A stretch of DNA of 64,000 bases from a candidate division WOR-3 bacterium (GTDB lineage: Bacteria; Hydrothermota; Tepidihabitantia; Tepidihabitantales; Tepidihabitantaceae). The position numbers and the translations under genes are program-made. The DNA is taken from the NCBI GenBank assembly GCA_965649205.1, contig CBFGJV010000007.1, positions 17,466 through 81,465 of the forward strand, given 5' to 3'. The first letter of the stretch is position 1; each line of letters opens with the position of its first letter. The notes under the pieces are model-generated. The model saw only the letters and a program-made list of their open reading frames with translations, was not told where the DNA came from and did no database searches. Below, piece by piece: positions 49,618 to 58,892 of the stretch.

Positions 49618-50256
49618 ATGGGACAAAAGACGCATCCTTTGGGCTTCCGTTTGGGTATAACCAAAGGTTGGAAGTCAGCGTGGTTCGATAAGAAGAATTA
49701 TCTGACTTATCTGCATGAGGACCTGCAGATCAGGCAGTACATAGAGGCCAAACTGCCGGAGGCCATGATCTCCAATATAGAAATCAGACGGGTGGCCAAT
49801 CGTACCACCGTTACTATTTTTACGGCTAGACCCGGCATGGTTTTTGGTGCTCGACGGCAGAACCTGGAACTATTGCGAGAAGAGATAAAGAGATTGGTGG
49901 GCAGAGATGTGCAATTACTTGTAGAGGTGGTGCGGGTGCCTGAGTTGGAGGCAAAACTTGTGGCCCAGAGTATAGCTAGGCAGTTGGAGCAACGTGTGGC
50001 TCATCGCCGAGCGATGAAGAGAGCTGTCACTCAGGCACTCAGGCTTGGGGCACTCGGTATTAAGGTGATGGTAGCAGGTCGTCTGGGTGGGCGGGAAATA
50101 GCGCGTAGTGAGTGGTATCGCGAAGGTCGAGTCCCTTTGCATACACTGAAGGCAGATATTGACTACGCAGTGGATGTAGCAAAGACTATTGCGGGTACTG
50201 TGGGAGTAAAGGTTTGGATTTATAAAGGCGATATAGCTCTAGAACAGAAGGCGTAG
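49618..50256 (+). CDS. rpsC: 30S ribosomal protein S3
   Basis: [23 protein letters not shown]. Confidence 0.96.
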   Translation: MGQKTHPLGFRLGITKGWKSAWFDKKNYLTYLHEDLQIRQYIEAKLPEAMISNIEIRRVANRTTVTIFTARPGMVFGARRQNLELLREEIKRLVGRDVQLLVEVVRVPELEAKLVAQSIARQLEQRVAHRRAMKRAVTQALRLGALGIKVMVAGRLGGREIARSEWYREGRVPLHTLKADIDYAVDVAKTIAGTVGVKVWIYKGDIALEQKA

Positions 50257-50260
50257 TATT

Positions 50261-50689
50261 ATGTTGATGCCCAAACGCGTAAAGTATCGCAAGGCGCAAA
50301 GAGGCCGGAGGAGCGGCAAGGCTACTGCGGCTAATCGGGTGGATTTTGGCGAGTTCGGATTGATGGCCTTGGAGCCGGCCTGGATAACTGCCAAGCAGAT
50401 TGAAGCGGCCAGGTTGTGCTTGTCCAAGGTACTCAAACGGGCCGGAAAGTTGTGGATAAGGATTTTTCCGGACAAACCGGTTACCAAGAAAGCAGCTGAG
50501 TCTCGTATGGGTAAAGGCAAGGGTACGCCCGAGTTCTATGTGGCCGTAGTTAAACCAGGAACTGTCATGTTCGAGTTAGGTGGGCTTTCAGAGGCGGAGG
50601 CTCGTGCGGGTCTGGCTCTGGCTGCAAGCAAGATGCCATGTCGTACGCGTTTTGTGATGCGACAGGAGATGAGTTATGAAGGCTTCTGA
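50261..50689 (+). CDS. rplP: 50S ribosomal protein L16
   Basis: [17 protein letters not shown] uL16 N-terminus. Confidence 0.96.
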   Translation: MLMPKRVKYRKAQRGRRSGKATAANRVDFGEFGLMALEPAWITAKQIEAARLCLSKVLKRAGKLWIRIFPDKPVTKKAAESRMGKGKGTPEFYVAVVKPGTVMFELGGLSEAEARAGLALAASKMPCRTRFVMRQEMSYEGF

Positions 50690-50894
50690 GTTGCGCGAGC
50701 TTAGTACAGAAGAATTGGCCCGGCGTTTAGCAGAGTTGCGGGATGAATTGTTCAAGTTAAGATTGCGCCGGGCCAGTGAACCTTTGCCTAATCCACTGCG
50801 GTTGCGGATGTTGCGTCGCGATATTGCACGTTGTCTAGGCATTATGCGGGAGCGGCAGGTGTCTGAGAAACCAGCGGTGAGGAATGATGGATAG
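50676..50894 (+). CDS. rpmC: 50S ribosomal protein L29
   Basis: [31 protein letters not shown]. Confidence 0.93.
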   Translation: MKASELRELSTEELARRLAELRDELFKLRLRRASEPLPNPLRLRMLRRDIARCLGIMRERQVSEKPAVRNDG

Positions 50895-51126
50895 GAAGCG
50901 CAGGACGGTGATAGGTACGGTGGTTTCTACGGCAATGCAGAAAACCGCGGTGGTTTTGGTAAACCGGCTGGAACTGCATCCAAAGTACAAAAAGTACGTG
51001 CGTCGGCGAACCAAGCTTTACGCACACGACGAAAACGATGAATGTCAGGTAGGTGACCAGGTGTTGCTAATGGAGACGAGACCGCTGTCCAAATTGAAAC
51101 GCTGGCGGGTGGTGAAGAAGATATGA
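50884..51126 (+). CDS. rpsQ: 30S ribosomal protein S17
   Basis: [34 protein letters not shown]. Confidence 0.95.
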   Translation: MMDRKRRTVIGTVVSTAMQKTAVVLVNRLELHPKYKKYVRRRTKLYAHDENDECQVGDQVLLMETRPLSKLKRWRVVKKI

Positions 51127-51491
51127 TTCAAGAATACAGTCGTTTGGTGGTTGCAGATAATACCGGAGCACGCATAGCGATGGTGATTCATGTTTACGGC
51201 GGCTCCAAACGCAAATTTGGATATCTGGGTGATACGGTATTCGTGACGATAAAAGATGCCATACCATCGGGGCCGATAAAGAAAGGTGACAAGGCAAAGG
51301 CGGTTATCGTCAGAACAAGAAAAGAGAGTAGAAGACCGGATGGAAGCTATGTGCGTTTTGACGATAATGCCTGTGTGTTGATTGATGACAAAGGGGAGCC
51401 GCGGGGCACAAGAGTATTCGGGCCGGTAGCGCGTGAGCTGCGTGAACGGAGGTTTACGAAGATTGTATCACTAGCCGCGGAGGTGGTGTAG
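51123..51491 (+). CDS. rplN: 50S ribosomal protein L14
   Basis: [17 protein letters not shown] uL14 N-terminus. Confidence 0.96.
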   Translation: MIQEYSRLVVADNTGARIAMVIHVYGGSKRKFGYLGDTVFVTIKDAIPSGPIKKGDKAKAVIVRTRKESRRPDGSYVRFDDNACVLIDDKGEPRGTRVFGPVARELRERRFTKIVSLAAEVV

Positions 51492-51814
51492 TGAATCTAC
51501 GGAAGGGCGATCTAGTCGAAGTTATAGCTGGCGACGAACGTGGACGCCGCGGCAAGATTCTCCGTTTGGAAGCCGACAGGAAAACGGGACGGGTGAGGGC
51601 AATTGTGGATGGTCTTAACTTGGCTAAAAAACATCAACGTCCTCAGGGGGCTACCAAGCCTGGCGGAATTATGGACCTGCCCAGTCCTATAGATATTTCT
51701 AATCTTGTGCTTTTGTGTCCGAAGTGCGGTAAGAAGGCTAAAGTTAGGCGGGAGCCGCACGAAGGTAGGCGGGTGCGGGTCTGCCGCGAATGTGACGAGA
51801 TAATTGACGCATGA
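51491..51814 (+). CDS. rplX: 50S ribosomal protein L24 (C-terminus carries a CxxC-x18-CxxC motif)
   Basis: GTG start. KOW region ([21 protein letters not shown]). C-terminal [34 protein letters not shown]. Confidence 0.93.
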   Translation: MNLRKGDLVEVIAGDERGRRGKILRLEADRKTGRVRAIVDGLNLAKKHQRPQGATKPGGIMDLPSPIDISNLVLLCPKCGKKAKVRREPHEGRRVRVCRECDEIIDA

Positions 51815-52356
51815 TACCACGATTGAAAGAACAGTATTTGAAAAAGATAGTGCCTGCATTGATAAAGGAATTCGGGTACAAGAACAGGCATCAGGTACCA
51901 AGACTACTAAAGGTGGTAGTGAATGTAACTACCAAGGATGCGGTTGCCGATCCAAAGGTGTTGGACATTATCGCTGAGGACTTGGCTAAGATTACAGGAC
52001 AGAAGCCGGCACGTACTCAAGCTAAGCGCGCTATCTCTGCGTTTAAAATACGCAAGGGCATGCCATTGGGATTGCGTGTGACTTTGCGCGGTGATCGTAT
52101 GTATGAGTTTATAGATCGATTCTTCAATTTTGCCGCGCCTCAAATCCGAGATTTCCAGGGGTTTTCACCCGATTCGTTCGATGGTCGCGGCGGGTACTCT
52201 TTGGGTTTGTCTGAGCAGTTGATTTTCCCCGAAATTGAGGCGGCAAAAGTGAAAAAGGTAACCGGGATGAACATAACTTTTCAAACCAACGCCCGGCATG
52301 ATGACGAAGCTAGGGCACTGCTGGCTGCACTTGGCTTGCCCTTCAGGAGGAAGTAG
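51811..52356 (+). CDS. rplE: 50S ribosomal protein L5
   Basis: [25 protein letters not shown] uL5 N-terminus. Confidence 0.96.
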   Translation: MIPRLKEQYLKKIVPALIKEFGYKNRHQVPRLLKVVVNVTTKDAVADPKVLDIIAEDLAKITGQKPARTQAKRAISAFKIRKGMPLGLRVTLRGDRMYEFIDRFFNFAAPQIRDFQGFSPDSFDGRGGYSLGLSEQLIFPEIEAAKVKKVTGMNITFQTNARHDDEARALLAALGLPFRRK

Positions 52357-52359
52357 AGA

Positions 52360-52545
52360 ATGGCTAGACTCTGTCTTATTGTAAAATTCAAGCGCACACC
52401 TAAGTTTAAGGTGCGTAAGCATAACCGCTGCTTGCGCTGTTTCCGGGCGCGGGCAGTCTATGCTAAGTTTGGTCTATGTCGTCTATGTTTCCGGGAGTTG
52501 GCTCTGAGGGGTGAGATTCCGGGCGTGCGTAAGGCTACTTGGTAG
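52360..52545 (+). CDS. rpsZ: 30S ribosomal protein S14 type Z (zinc-binding, 61 aa)
   Basis: [25 protein letters not shown], the Cys4 short form of uS14. Confidence 0.95.
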   Translation: MARLCLIVKFKRTPKFKVRKHNRCLRCFRARAVYAKFGLCRLCFRELALRGEIPGVRKATW

Positions 52546-52556
52546 GAGGAGTTGAG

Positions 52557-52946
52557 TTGGACCCGATTGCCGATTTTTTGACCCGTATTAGAAATGGTAT
52601 TGCCTGCAAGAGCAGGCAGGTGCGTGTACCTTATTCTAAGATGAAGTATGAATTGGCGCGTATTTTGTTGGAAGAAGGTTATATAAGCAATTTCCAGGTG
52701 GAAGGCGAAAAAGTGCACAAGAATCTGGTGATAACCTTGAAGTACACCGAAGACGGCAGTTCGGTAATAAGAGGCTTGGAACGTGTATCTAGGCAGAGTC
52801 GTCGGGTGTATGTTGACGCAAACTCGATTCCTCGTGTTTTGGGCGGGCTGGGGCTGGCCATAGTGACCACTTCTAAGGGCGTGATGACGGGACGCGATGC
52901 GGAACGTGAGCGTGTAGGTGGAGAACTTATTTGTAAGGTGTGGTGA
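52557..52946 (+). CDS. rpsH: 30S ribosomal protein S8
   Basis: TTG at 52557 with AGGAGGA 6 nt upstream gives (M)DPIADFLTRIRNG, the canonical uS8 N-terminus. The ORF-track start at 52539 overlaps rpsZ. Confidence 0.93.
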   Translation: MDPIADFLTRIRNGIACKSRQVRVPYSKMKYELARILLEEGYISNFQVEGEKVHKNLVITLKYTEDGSSVIRGLERVSRQSRRVYVDANSIPRVLGGLGLAIVTTSKGVMTGRDAERERVGGELICKVW

Positions 52947-52949
52947 GAA

Positions 52950-53519
52950 ATGGCAAAAGCCTATCGGCCGATTGAGGTTATTCCGGGGGTCCAAGTAACG
53001 ATAACAGAGGGAGCGGTTACGGTGAAAGGCAAACTCGGTTCCCTGAGTGTTCCGATCCCTCCCGGTCTTGTGGTCAGTACGGATGGGAAGTATATCACCG
53101 TGGAGCCGGGACCTGACGTTGGCCGGATACTGGTTGGTACGATGCGTTCTCATCTACGCAATGCCATGATAGGTGTGACTAATGGATTTGAGAAAGTGCT
53201 TCAGGTAAGGGGTATGGGCTATCGTGTGCAGAAGACTAAAGAAGGCGTACAGATATTATGTGGTTTTTCCCATCCGGTGGACGTGGCTGCTCCCGAAGGT
53301 ATTACTTTCGAGGTTACCCAGAGTCCTAATCCGGATGATGTCAAGGAGCAGATGTTTGAGATTGCTGTTCGGGGCTTAGACAAACAGAGAGTAGGAGAGG
53401 TTGCTGCGCGAATCCGGGCCATTAAACCTCCTGACCCTTACCGGGGAAAGGGGATTCGCTATCGCGGAGAATACGTTCGTAAGAAAGCCGGCAAGCGAGC
53501 GGTAGTGGCGCAGGCGTAA
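52950..53519 (+). CDS. rplF: 50S ribosomal protein L6
   Basis: MAKAYRPIEVIPGVQVTITEGAVTVKGKLGSL uL6 N-terminus; 189 aa. Confidence 0.96.
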   Translation: MAKAYRPIEVIPGVQVTITEGAVTVKGKLGSLSVPIPPGLVVSTDGKYITVEPGPDVGRILVGTMRSHLRNAMIGVTNGFEKVLQVRGMGYRVQKTKEGVQILCGFSHPVDVAAPEGITFEVTQSPNPDDVKEQMFEIAVRGLDKQRVGEVAARIRAIKPPDPYRGKGIRYRGEYVRKKAGKRAVVAQA

Positions 53520-53543
53520 TCTGCTTGAATTGAACGAAGATTA

Positions 53544-53575
53544 CAGTGCGGCGAGATGCCGCACTGTTTGTCTTT
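53544..53575 (+). terminator. Rho-independent terminator ending the rpsJ-rplF block
   Basis: Perfect 9-bp stem CAGUGCGGC-[GAGAU]-GCCGCACUG (53544-53566) followed by UUUGUCUUU, 25 nt after the rplF stop. Confidence 0.75.
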
Positions 53576-53661
53576 GCGGGGTGAAGTGTGCTTCTTCGGG
53601 TTGGGAAGATCTCTATTTTCGCGCTTCCCTGGCAGCGCGTTTGATGCAACCCAATACTGAT

Positions 53662-53691
53662 TTGACAGATCGCAACTGCTACTGCTATTAT
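53662..53691 (+). promoter_or_regulatory. Near-consensus sigma70-type promoter for tamA
   Basis: TTGACA (53662-53667), 18-nt spacer, TATTAT (53686-53691), 48 nt before the tamA ATG at 53739 (AGGTGG RBS). Confidence 0.5.
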
Positions 53692-53738
53692 CTGAAGGTG
53701 CTTCTAGCTAGTGGTGCGAGCCGTCGAAGGTTAGGTGG

Positions 53739-55475
53739 ATGATAAGTCTGCTTCATCTCTTGACACTGTTTCTTATCGGAACAGGAACTGCTGATTCAGT
53801 AGAATCGGTGAAGTTTGTGGGCGGGCATGCTTTTTCGGCGCGGGTTCTGGGTTCACAGGTCAGTCTGCGACGTGGACAGATTCTGGAGGAACAAAAGATT
53901 GAAGAGTCTGCACGTAATCTGGAACATTTCTTGCAGGCAAATGGTTTTCGCAGGGCCCGTGTCAGTTGGTACCTGAAACCGGGAAAAAGGCACAACATTG
54001 TAGTGTTTCAGATTAATGAGGGAAGGAGAGCAAGGGTGGGTTCATTGAATATTTTGGGGGTGCAGAGTTTTGACAGTGTACGTCTGGTTAGGCTGTTGCC
54101 GGTTTCGCCTGGGAAATTTTACACATCAGCCGCGCTGGAGCTTTGCGAAGAAGCTGTAAGAACCTTCTACCAAAATTCTGGGTTTCCTTTTGTTGAGGTG
54201 CAGGCCAATTGGAGTTTTGATGTAGAAAACGGTAGACGGGAAGAAGTAAACGACACCCTGGCTCATTTGGTGTTGAAGGTAGCAGAAGGGACGCGCTGCT
54301 ATCTGGGCGATATCAGGGTAAGAGGGCTACGCACAATTCGTCCTGCTACTGTGACTAGGGTTACGGAATTGCGGCCTGGCGAAATGTTCAGTCAACGACG
54401 TTTGCAGGAAGCCAGTCGCAGACTCTATGCCACTCATTTGTTCCAGCGCGTTTTCTATCATGTTCTCTGGCCTGATTCAACAAAGGACACGGTTGCTGTC
54501 CGGTTTGACGTTGTAGAACAGGAATATAGAGCGTTTTCGGTTGGAGCAGGGTTGGAAGCACCCCCGTGGCGAGCAGTGGCGTCTGGCGGGTGGGAGCATA
54601 ATAATATTCTAAACCGGGGCCAGCAGCTTGAAATAGCCGCGGACTTTGGTTTTGATGTCAAGAGAAACTATCGTGCCTCCATAGATTTGCACTACCGTGT
54701 TCCGTATTTGGTCTTGACCAGGGTTGATTTTCAATCCCATCCTTTTTTCTACTGGGAAAAGGTTGATTCATCGTTTTGGCGCGAATACGGTATCGAAAAT
54801 GGTCTTAGTCACAGTCTTTCCAAGTACGTTAACCTGGGGTTGTCTAACCGGTTTCGTCTGGTAGCTGATACCAGTCGGGGCATTACAAACCTGCTGGGAT
54901 TGATTGCCCAGCATGATTCCCGTAACGATATTTTTGAACCGAGGGAGGGTATGTATCTTAGATTTGGAGCAGAGGCGGCGGGGGGAGTGTTACGAGGAGA
55001 CAATGATTTTTACCGCCTGACCGGTGAGCTGAGGAGTTTCTATTTCGTAGGTTGTGTACTTGCTTGTAGGGTTTTCGCCGGCAGGTGTTTCCCCTATGGG
55101 AGAACCCAGCGCATTCCGTATTATGAGGGGTTTACTTTGGGTGGGCGCAACAGCCTACGGGGTTACGCAGATCAATCGCTTGGTCCAGATTCAGGCGTGG
55201 CAGGAAGGTTCGGTCCGGCGGTTTTGAATCACAATTTGGAGTTGCGTCTCGGTTATTTGTGGGGACGGTTGGGTGCGGTTTTGTTTTGGGACGGGGGAAT
55301 GGTAATTGATTGGCCGGTTGGTAAGGATATGCCGACGTATGAACAATCTGCTGGCGCAGGACTCCGGATCCGTACCCCTATTGGTCCTTTGCGGTTGGAC
55401 TGGGGAAGACGTTTGAGAAATGTACCTCCCGAAGATAGAGGTAGATTCTATCTAGGCTTGTTGCATGTTTTTTAG
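53739..55475 (+). CDS. tamA: TamA-like Omp85-family outer-membrane protein (about 3 POTRA domains plus beta-barrel)
   Basis: 578 aa (TamA-sized rather than the ~800-aa BamA). Signal peptide, POTRA-like repeats, and a C-terminal Omp85/surface-antigen barrel ending in an aromatic-rich strand (FYLGLLHVF). Followed by a TamB-like gene. Confidence 0.65.
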   Translation: MISLLHLLTLFLIGTGTADSVESVKFVGGHAFSARVLGSQVSLRRGQILEEQKIEESARNLEHFLQANGFRRARVSWYLKPGKRHNIVVFQINEGRRARVGSLNILGVQSFDSVRLVRLLPVSPGKFYTSAALELCEEAVRTFYQNSGFPFVEVQANWSFDVENGRREEVNDTLAHLVLKVAEGTRCYLGDIRVRGLRTIRPATVTRVTELRPGEMFSQRRLQEASRRLYATHLFQRVFYHVLWPDSTKDTVAVRFDVVEQEYRAFSVGAGLEAPPWRAVASGGWEHNNILNRGQQLEIAADFGFDVKRNYRASIDLHYRVPYLVLTRVDFQSHPFFYWEKVDSSFWREYGIENGLSHSLSKYVNLGLSNRFRLVADTSRGITNLLGLIAQHDSRNDIFEPREGMYLRFGAEAAGGVLRGDNDFYRLTGELRSFYFVGCVLACRVFAGRCFPYGRTQRIPYYEGFTLGGRNSLRGYADQSLGPDSGVAGRFGPAVLNHNLELRLGYLWGRLGAVLFWDGGMVIDWPVGKDMPTYEQSAGAGLRIRTPIGPLRLDWGRRLRNVPPEDRGRFYLGLLHVF

Positions 55476-55496
55476 TCACGGAGAAAACAGGGTAGA

Positions 55497-58400
55497 ATGA
55501 AGAAACGTCAGGCGGCGCGGGCGGGTGTTGTAATTGCAGGGTTATTAGGAGTAATAGTCCTGGGGGCTGTCTTGCTGAGTTGCTTCCGGCAGCAGATAGC
55601 GCGGTTGGTAGCCGACGCGGCGGTTCACTACGTCGGTCATTTACTCTCGGTAAAGATTACTTACAGACGTTTTTCTGGGAATTTATTGCGTACACCTAGG
55701 TTCGAGGACGTGGGCGTAGTTTTCGGGAAGGATTCCGTTAAAGCAAGTGAGATAACATTTAGCTATGATCCGCTGGGGTTCTTGCGCGGTTCAGTTCCGA
55801 TTTCTGAGGTTGAAATACGAAACCCTACTGTGTTTATACATACGCAGTCAAGAGCCGGGGACAGAGAGCGCACATCTAAAACTGGCTGGAGGATAGGCAG
55901 ATATCCTCGTTGGTATTTGCGTCGATTGCACTTGGACGGCGGAATGTTGTTCATGGACAATGAGCTAAGACTGGAGTCACTGGCCTTGAATGTGCGTGCG
56001 CATTCGAGGGTAGACCTTTTGAAGGCAGAACTTAGAGGAGGACGAGGAAAGTTCGTTAGGGAAAACATCAGTCTGCAGGAAATGCATGCCGATTTGATTA
56101 TGACCGCTGATTCTCTTGTGCTGGAACAGCTGGGTGGGTCTACTTCTGGTTCGAACGTAGTGGGCAGACTGAGTATTAATTTGAGTCGGCAGGAGCTGAC
56201 GGTGGTCCTAGACAGTGTCGTTATTGACTTGGCTGAGTTTGTGTCCATTCCGGGCAGAATTGGGATAAAGGGTTCGGGAACGAAAGGTGCTGTGAGACTT
56301 GAGGCAGAGGGTAATTACGTAATTGAAGGATTAAGGCCTGCTAACGTCTGTCTGCCTAGGATTGCAGGTAAACTCAGTTTGTGCGACAAGGGTATTGTTT
56401 TTGAAGCAGCAGGAGCAGATTCAGAACTGGGTTCCCTTGAGGCTCGGGGTACGTTTGAACTGAAGGAAAGACGCTATTCCGTGGAATTGAAAGTGACAGG
56501 AATGAAGCTAAGTGCGATTAGACCTTCGTTTGCTCCTGTTCGAATGACCTTTGACTTGCAGGCGAGAGGATACGGAGGCGACTCGGTGGCATTTTGGGCT
56601 GGGGCTCAGGTTCCGGAAGTGGGAGTGGAAACTTTACTGGTTTCCGGAAGGTACTTTCGTAATCGGTTTGGGTTGAAGCAGCTTGAACTACGGGGTGGGG
56701 TAGGAAGGCTCACTGTATCTGGTGAGGTGGAGCTGGGTGGGTTAGGAAGTAAAATTTTCTTGTTATCCATACCTGCTTGTTCAGTCAAGGCGGACAGTTT
56801 TGATTTGGGGCTCATAGCAGGATTGTGGTGCATTCCTGTTGCGGGCACACTCCGAGGAATATTGAGTGGGGCAGGTACGGTAGACAGCTTCGCTTTGCAG
56901 GGGAGTATGAGGGCTTCGGGGGTGAAGCTGTTCGGTCTCGGTATCACTTCTGCGCTGGCGGAAGTTGATGTAACTGTAAACAGTGGACTACGTGGTAGAC
57001 TCGTGCTGGGAGCTGAGGGACTCAAAGGAATGGGTATCGAGGCTGATGCGGCGCAATTTGTTTTGCTTGATTCTGATGTGGATTTTCGCATTGACCGACC
57101 AGAGGACAGAGTCCTGGTCGGGGGGAATTTATCGTTGACTAAGAACAGAATCGAATGTGAAGTGCGCAGGCTGGAGTTTGCAACGCGAGAAGAAACGTTG
57201 ACGGCAAACAGGCCATTTGAGTTTTATCTGGATAAGGATTCGGTGTTGGTTCGAGGGGTTAGTCTGCGGGCAGCTGACGGGGAACTGCAGTTTCAAGCTA
57301 CTGTGGGTGCTCGGGTTCGTCGTGTGGAAGCAAAAGGAAGCAACTTCAACCTCCGCAAGTTGCAGAAGTTGTTACACTTGCCAACGGAAGTGTGGGGAAC
57401 GTGTGATTTTGAGGTGTCGGGACAAGATACTTATCATTTGCGAACAGTAGTGAATGACCTAGAGGTTCCTTCAATAGGAATGAGGATGAAGAATCTGACG
57501 GCAGAGCTGGCAGCGAACGATAGCTGGGTAGAAATCAGAGATTTCAGGTTTGTTCATGTGAAAGACACCACCCGCGTTCATGGTAGTTTTTCTTATAACC
57601 CTGCGCATGGTCTAGTTCCTCGCCGTGTGAGCATACAGGCGGACATTGCTGACCCGGGAAGTTGGCCTATGTTTTTTCTCAGGCCAACGTTAGAGTTGGT
57701 GGAAGGCAAGCTGTTCGCCCGGCTCAGCTGGGAAGGAGATGTTTCAGAGCCGAACTTGAAAGGCAGGTTCAGAGTCGTATCAGGAAGATTGAAAGTTCCG
57801 GCGTTGAATCTGGTCTTAGAGCGAACAAATGCGGAATTCTCGGTACAGGGCAAGCGAATAGAGTTGGAGAAGTTGTCTGGTACTACCGGGGCTGGGTTGG
57901 TTACCGCCAGTGGTTTTGTAGACCTAGATGTGGGTTGGCTGGTGGATTCGTTACGGTTCAGGATAAGGCCGGAAGGGACAATAGTGAATCCTTTGCCGGA
58001 AGTATATGCAGTGATAGGAGGCGATATAGCGGTTGTCTGGCAACGGGGTTCTCCTTTGTCTTTGGAGGGTACGTTTGACGTAGCGGAAGCGCTGCTGGCT
58101 ATTGGCTTTGGTCAGTCTGCGATTGCCGGGTCAAGTACAGATTCCGTCATCTACGACCTGCGAATTAGAGCTGAGCGCGGAGTTTGGCTACGAAACCCGA
58201 TGGCGGACATTGAAATGTCTGCCGACCTGTTTTTGCGTAGAACTATGGAACGACAGATGTTCTCCGGTACTTTGAAGTCGCGGCAAGGAAGTATTTATTA
58301 CCTGGACCATACTCTGAGAGTGACTCGTGGTACTATAGGCTTTGAGGGTATAGAACGCCTTGATCCAACATTGGATATTGAGGCTGAGTTGCCGGTGCGT

Positions 58401-58892
58401 TCTCGTTCGCGAGCTGGCGGGAGAGCACCGGATAAAATTATCCTGCATATTGCTGGAAGTTTGGAAAAGCCAGAGTTCAAATTTTCTGCTGAACCCCAGT
58501 TGTGGGATGAAGGACAAATTATTGCCTATCTGGGACTGAACGTTACTGCTGCTGATGTTGAACTTATGGACAATACGCAGAGGGCAACCCAATATTTGTC
58601 GGAGCGGCTTCTGGCTTATTTGCAGACGGAGGCGACTAAGCAGGTGCGACGGTTTGTGGGCTTAGACGAACTTCGGTTTGAGAGCGTTTTAGCAGGAGGG
58701 GAAGGTTATAGGGTAACTGTGGGCAAGTACGTGGGACGTAACCTGTATGTTACCTACACTCAGAATCTTGCCGGCGTGATGCAACCGGCATTTTCAATAG
58801 AATACTACCTAGACCGTCGCAATGAGATTGTCGGTGAGAAATCTCCTGCGGGACGGTATTCCATCAGGTATCGGTATAAGTTGAGATACTGA
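55497..58892 (+). CDS. tamB: TamB-like translocation and assembly module protein (DUF490 C-terminal region)
   Basis: 1131 aa. N-terminal signal anchor, long beta-rich body, DUF490-like C-terminus (GKYVGRNLYVTYTQNL...IEYYLDRRNEIVGE...RYRYKLRY). Confidence 0.65.
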   Translation: MKKRQAARAGVVIAGLLGVIVLGAVLLSCFRQQIARLVADAAVHYVGHLLSVKITYRRFSGNLLRTPRFEDVGVVFGKDSVKASEITFSYDPLGFLRGSVPISEVEIRNPTVFIHTQSRAGDRERTSKTGWRIGRYPRWYLRRLHLDGGMLFMDNELRLESLALNVRAHSRVDLLKAELRGGRGKFVRENISLQEMHADLIMTADSLVLEQLGGSTSGSNVVGRLSINLSRQELTVVLDSVVIDLAEFVSIPGRIGIKGSGTKGAVRLEAEGNYVIEGLRPANVCLPRIAGKLSLCDKGIVFEAAGADSELGSLEARGTFELKERRYSVELKVTGMKLSAIRPSFAPVRMTFDLQARGYGGDSVAFWAGAQVPEVGVETLLVSGRYFRNRFGLKQLELRGGVGRLTVSGEVELGGLGSKIFLLSIPACSVKADSFDLGLIAGLWCIPVAGTLRGILSGAGTVDSFALQGSMRASGVKLFGLGITSALAEVDVTVNSGLRGRLVLGAEGLKGMGIEADAAQFVLLDSDVDFRIDRPEDRVLVGGNLSLTKNRIECEVRRLEFATREETLTANRPFEFYLDKDSVLVRGVSLRAADGELQFQATVGARVRRVEAKGSNFNLRKLQKLLHLPTEVWGTCDFEVSGQDTYHLRTVVNDLEVPSIGMRMKNLTAELAANDSWVEIRDFRFVHVKDTTRVHGSFSYNPAHGLVPRRVSIQADIADPGSWPMFFLRPTLELVEGKLFARLSWEGDVSEPNLKGRFRVVSGRLKVPALNLVLERTNAEFSVQGKRIELEKLSGTTGAGLVTASGFVDLDVGWLVDSLRFRIRPEGTIVNPLPEVYAVIGGDIAVVWQRGSPLSLEGTFDVAEALLAIGFGQSAIAGSSTDSVIYDLRIRAERGVWLRNPMADIEMSADLFLRRTMERQMFSGTLKSRQGSIYYLDHTLRVTRGTIGFEGIERLDPTLDIEAELPVRSRSRAGGRAPDKIILHIAGSLEKPEFKFSAEPQLWDEGQIIAYLGLNVTAADVELMDNTQRATQYLSERLLAYLQTEATKQVRRFVGLDELRFESVLAGGEGYRVTVGKYVGRNLYVTYTQNLAGVMQPAFSIEYYLDRRNEIVGEKSPAGRYSIRYRYKLRY

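Noticed and set aside
53530-53742. 70-aa ORF between rplF and tamA
   Set aside because: It spans the intrinsic terminator and the tamA promoter. Cys-rich low-complexity translation with no RBS.
55763-57091. Two 161-aa minus-strand ORFs inside tamB
   Set aside because: Antisense to a continuous 1131-aa ORF with a recognisable TamB/DUF490 C-terminus. Ser/Pro-rich translations.
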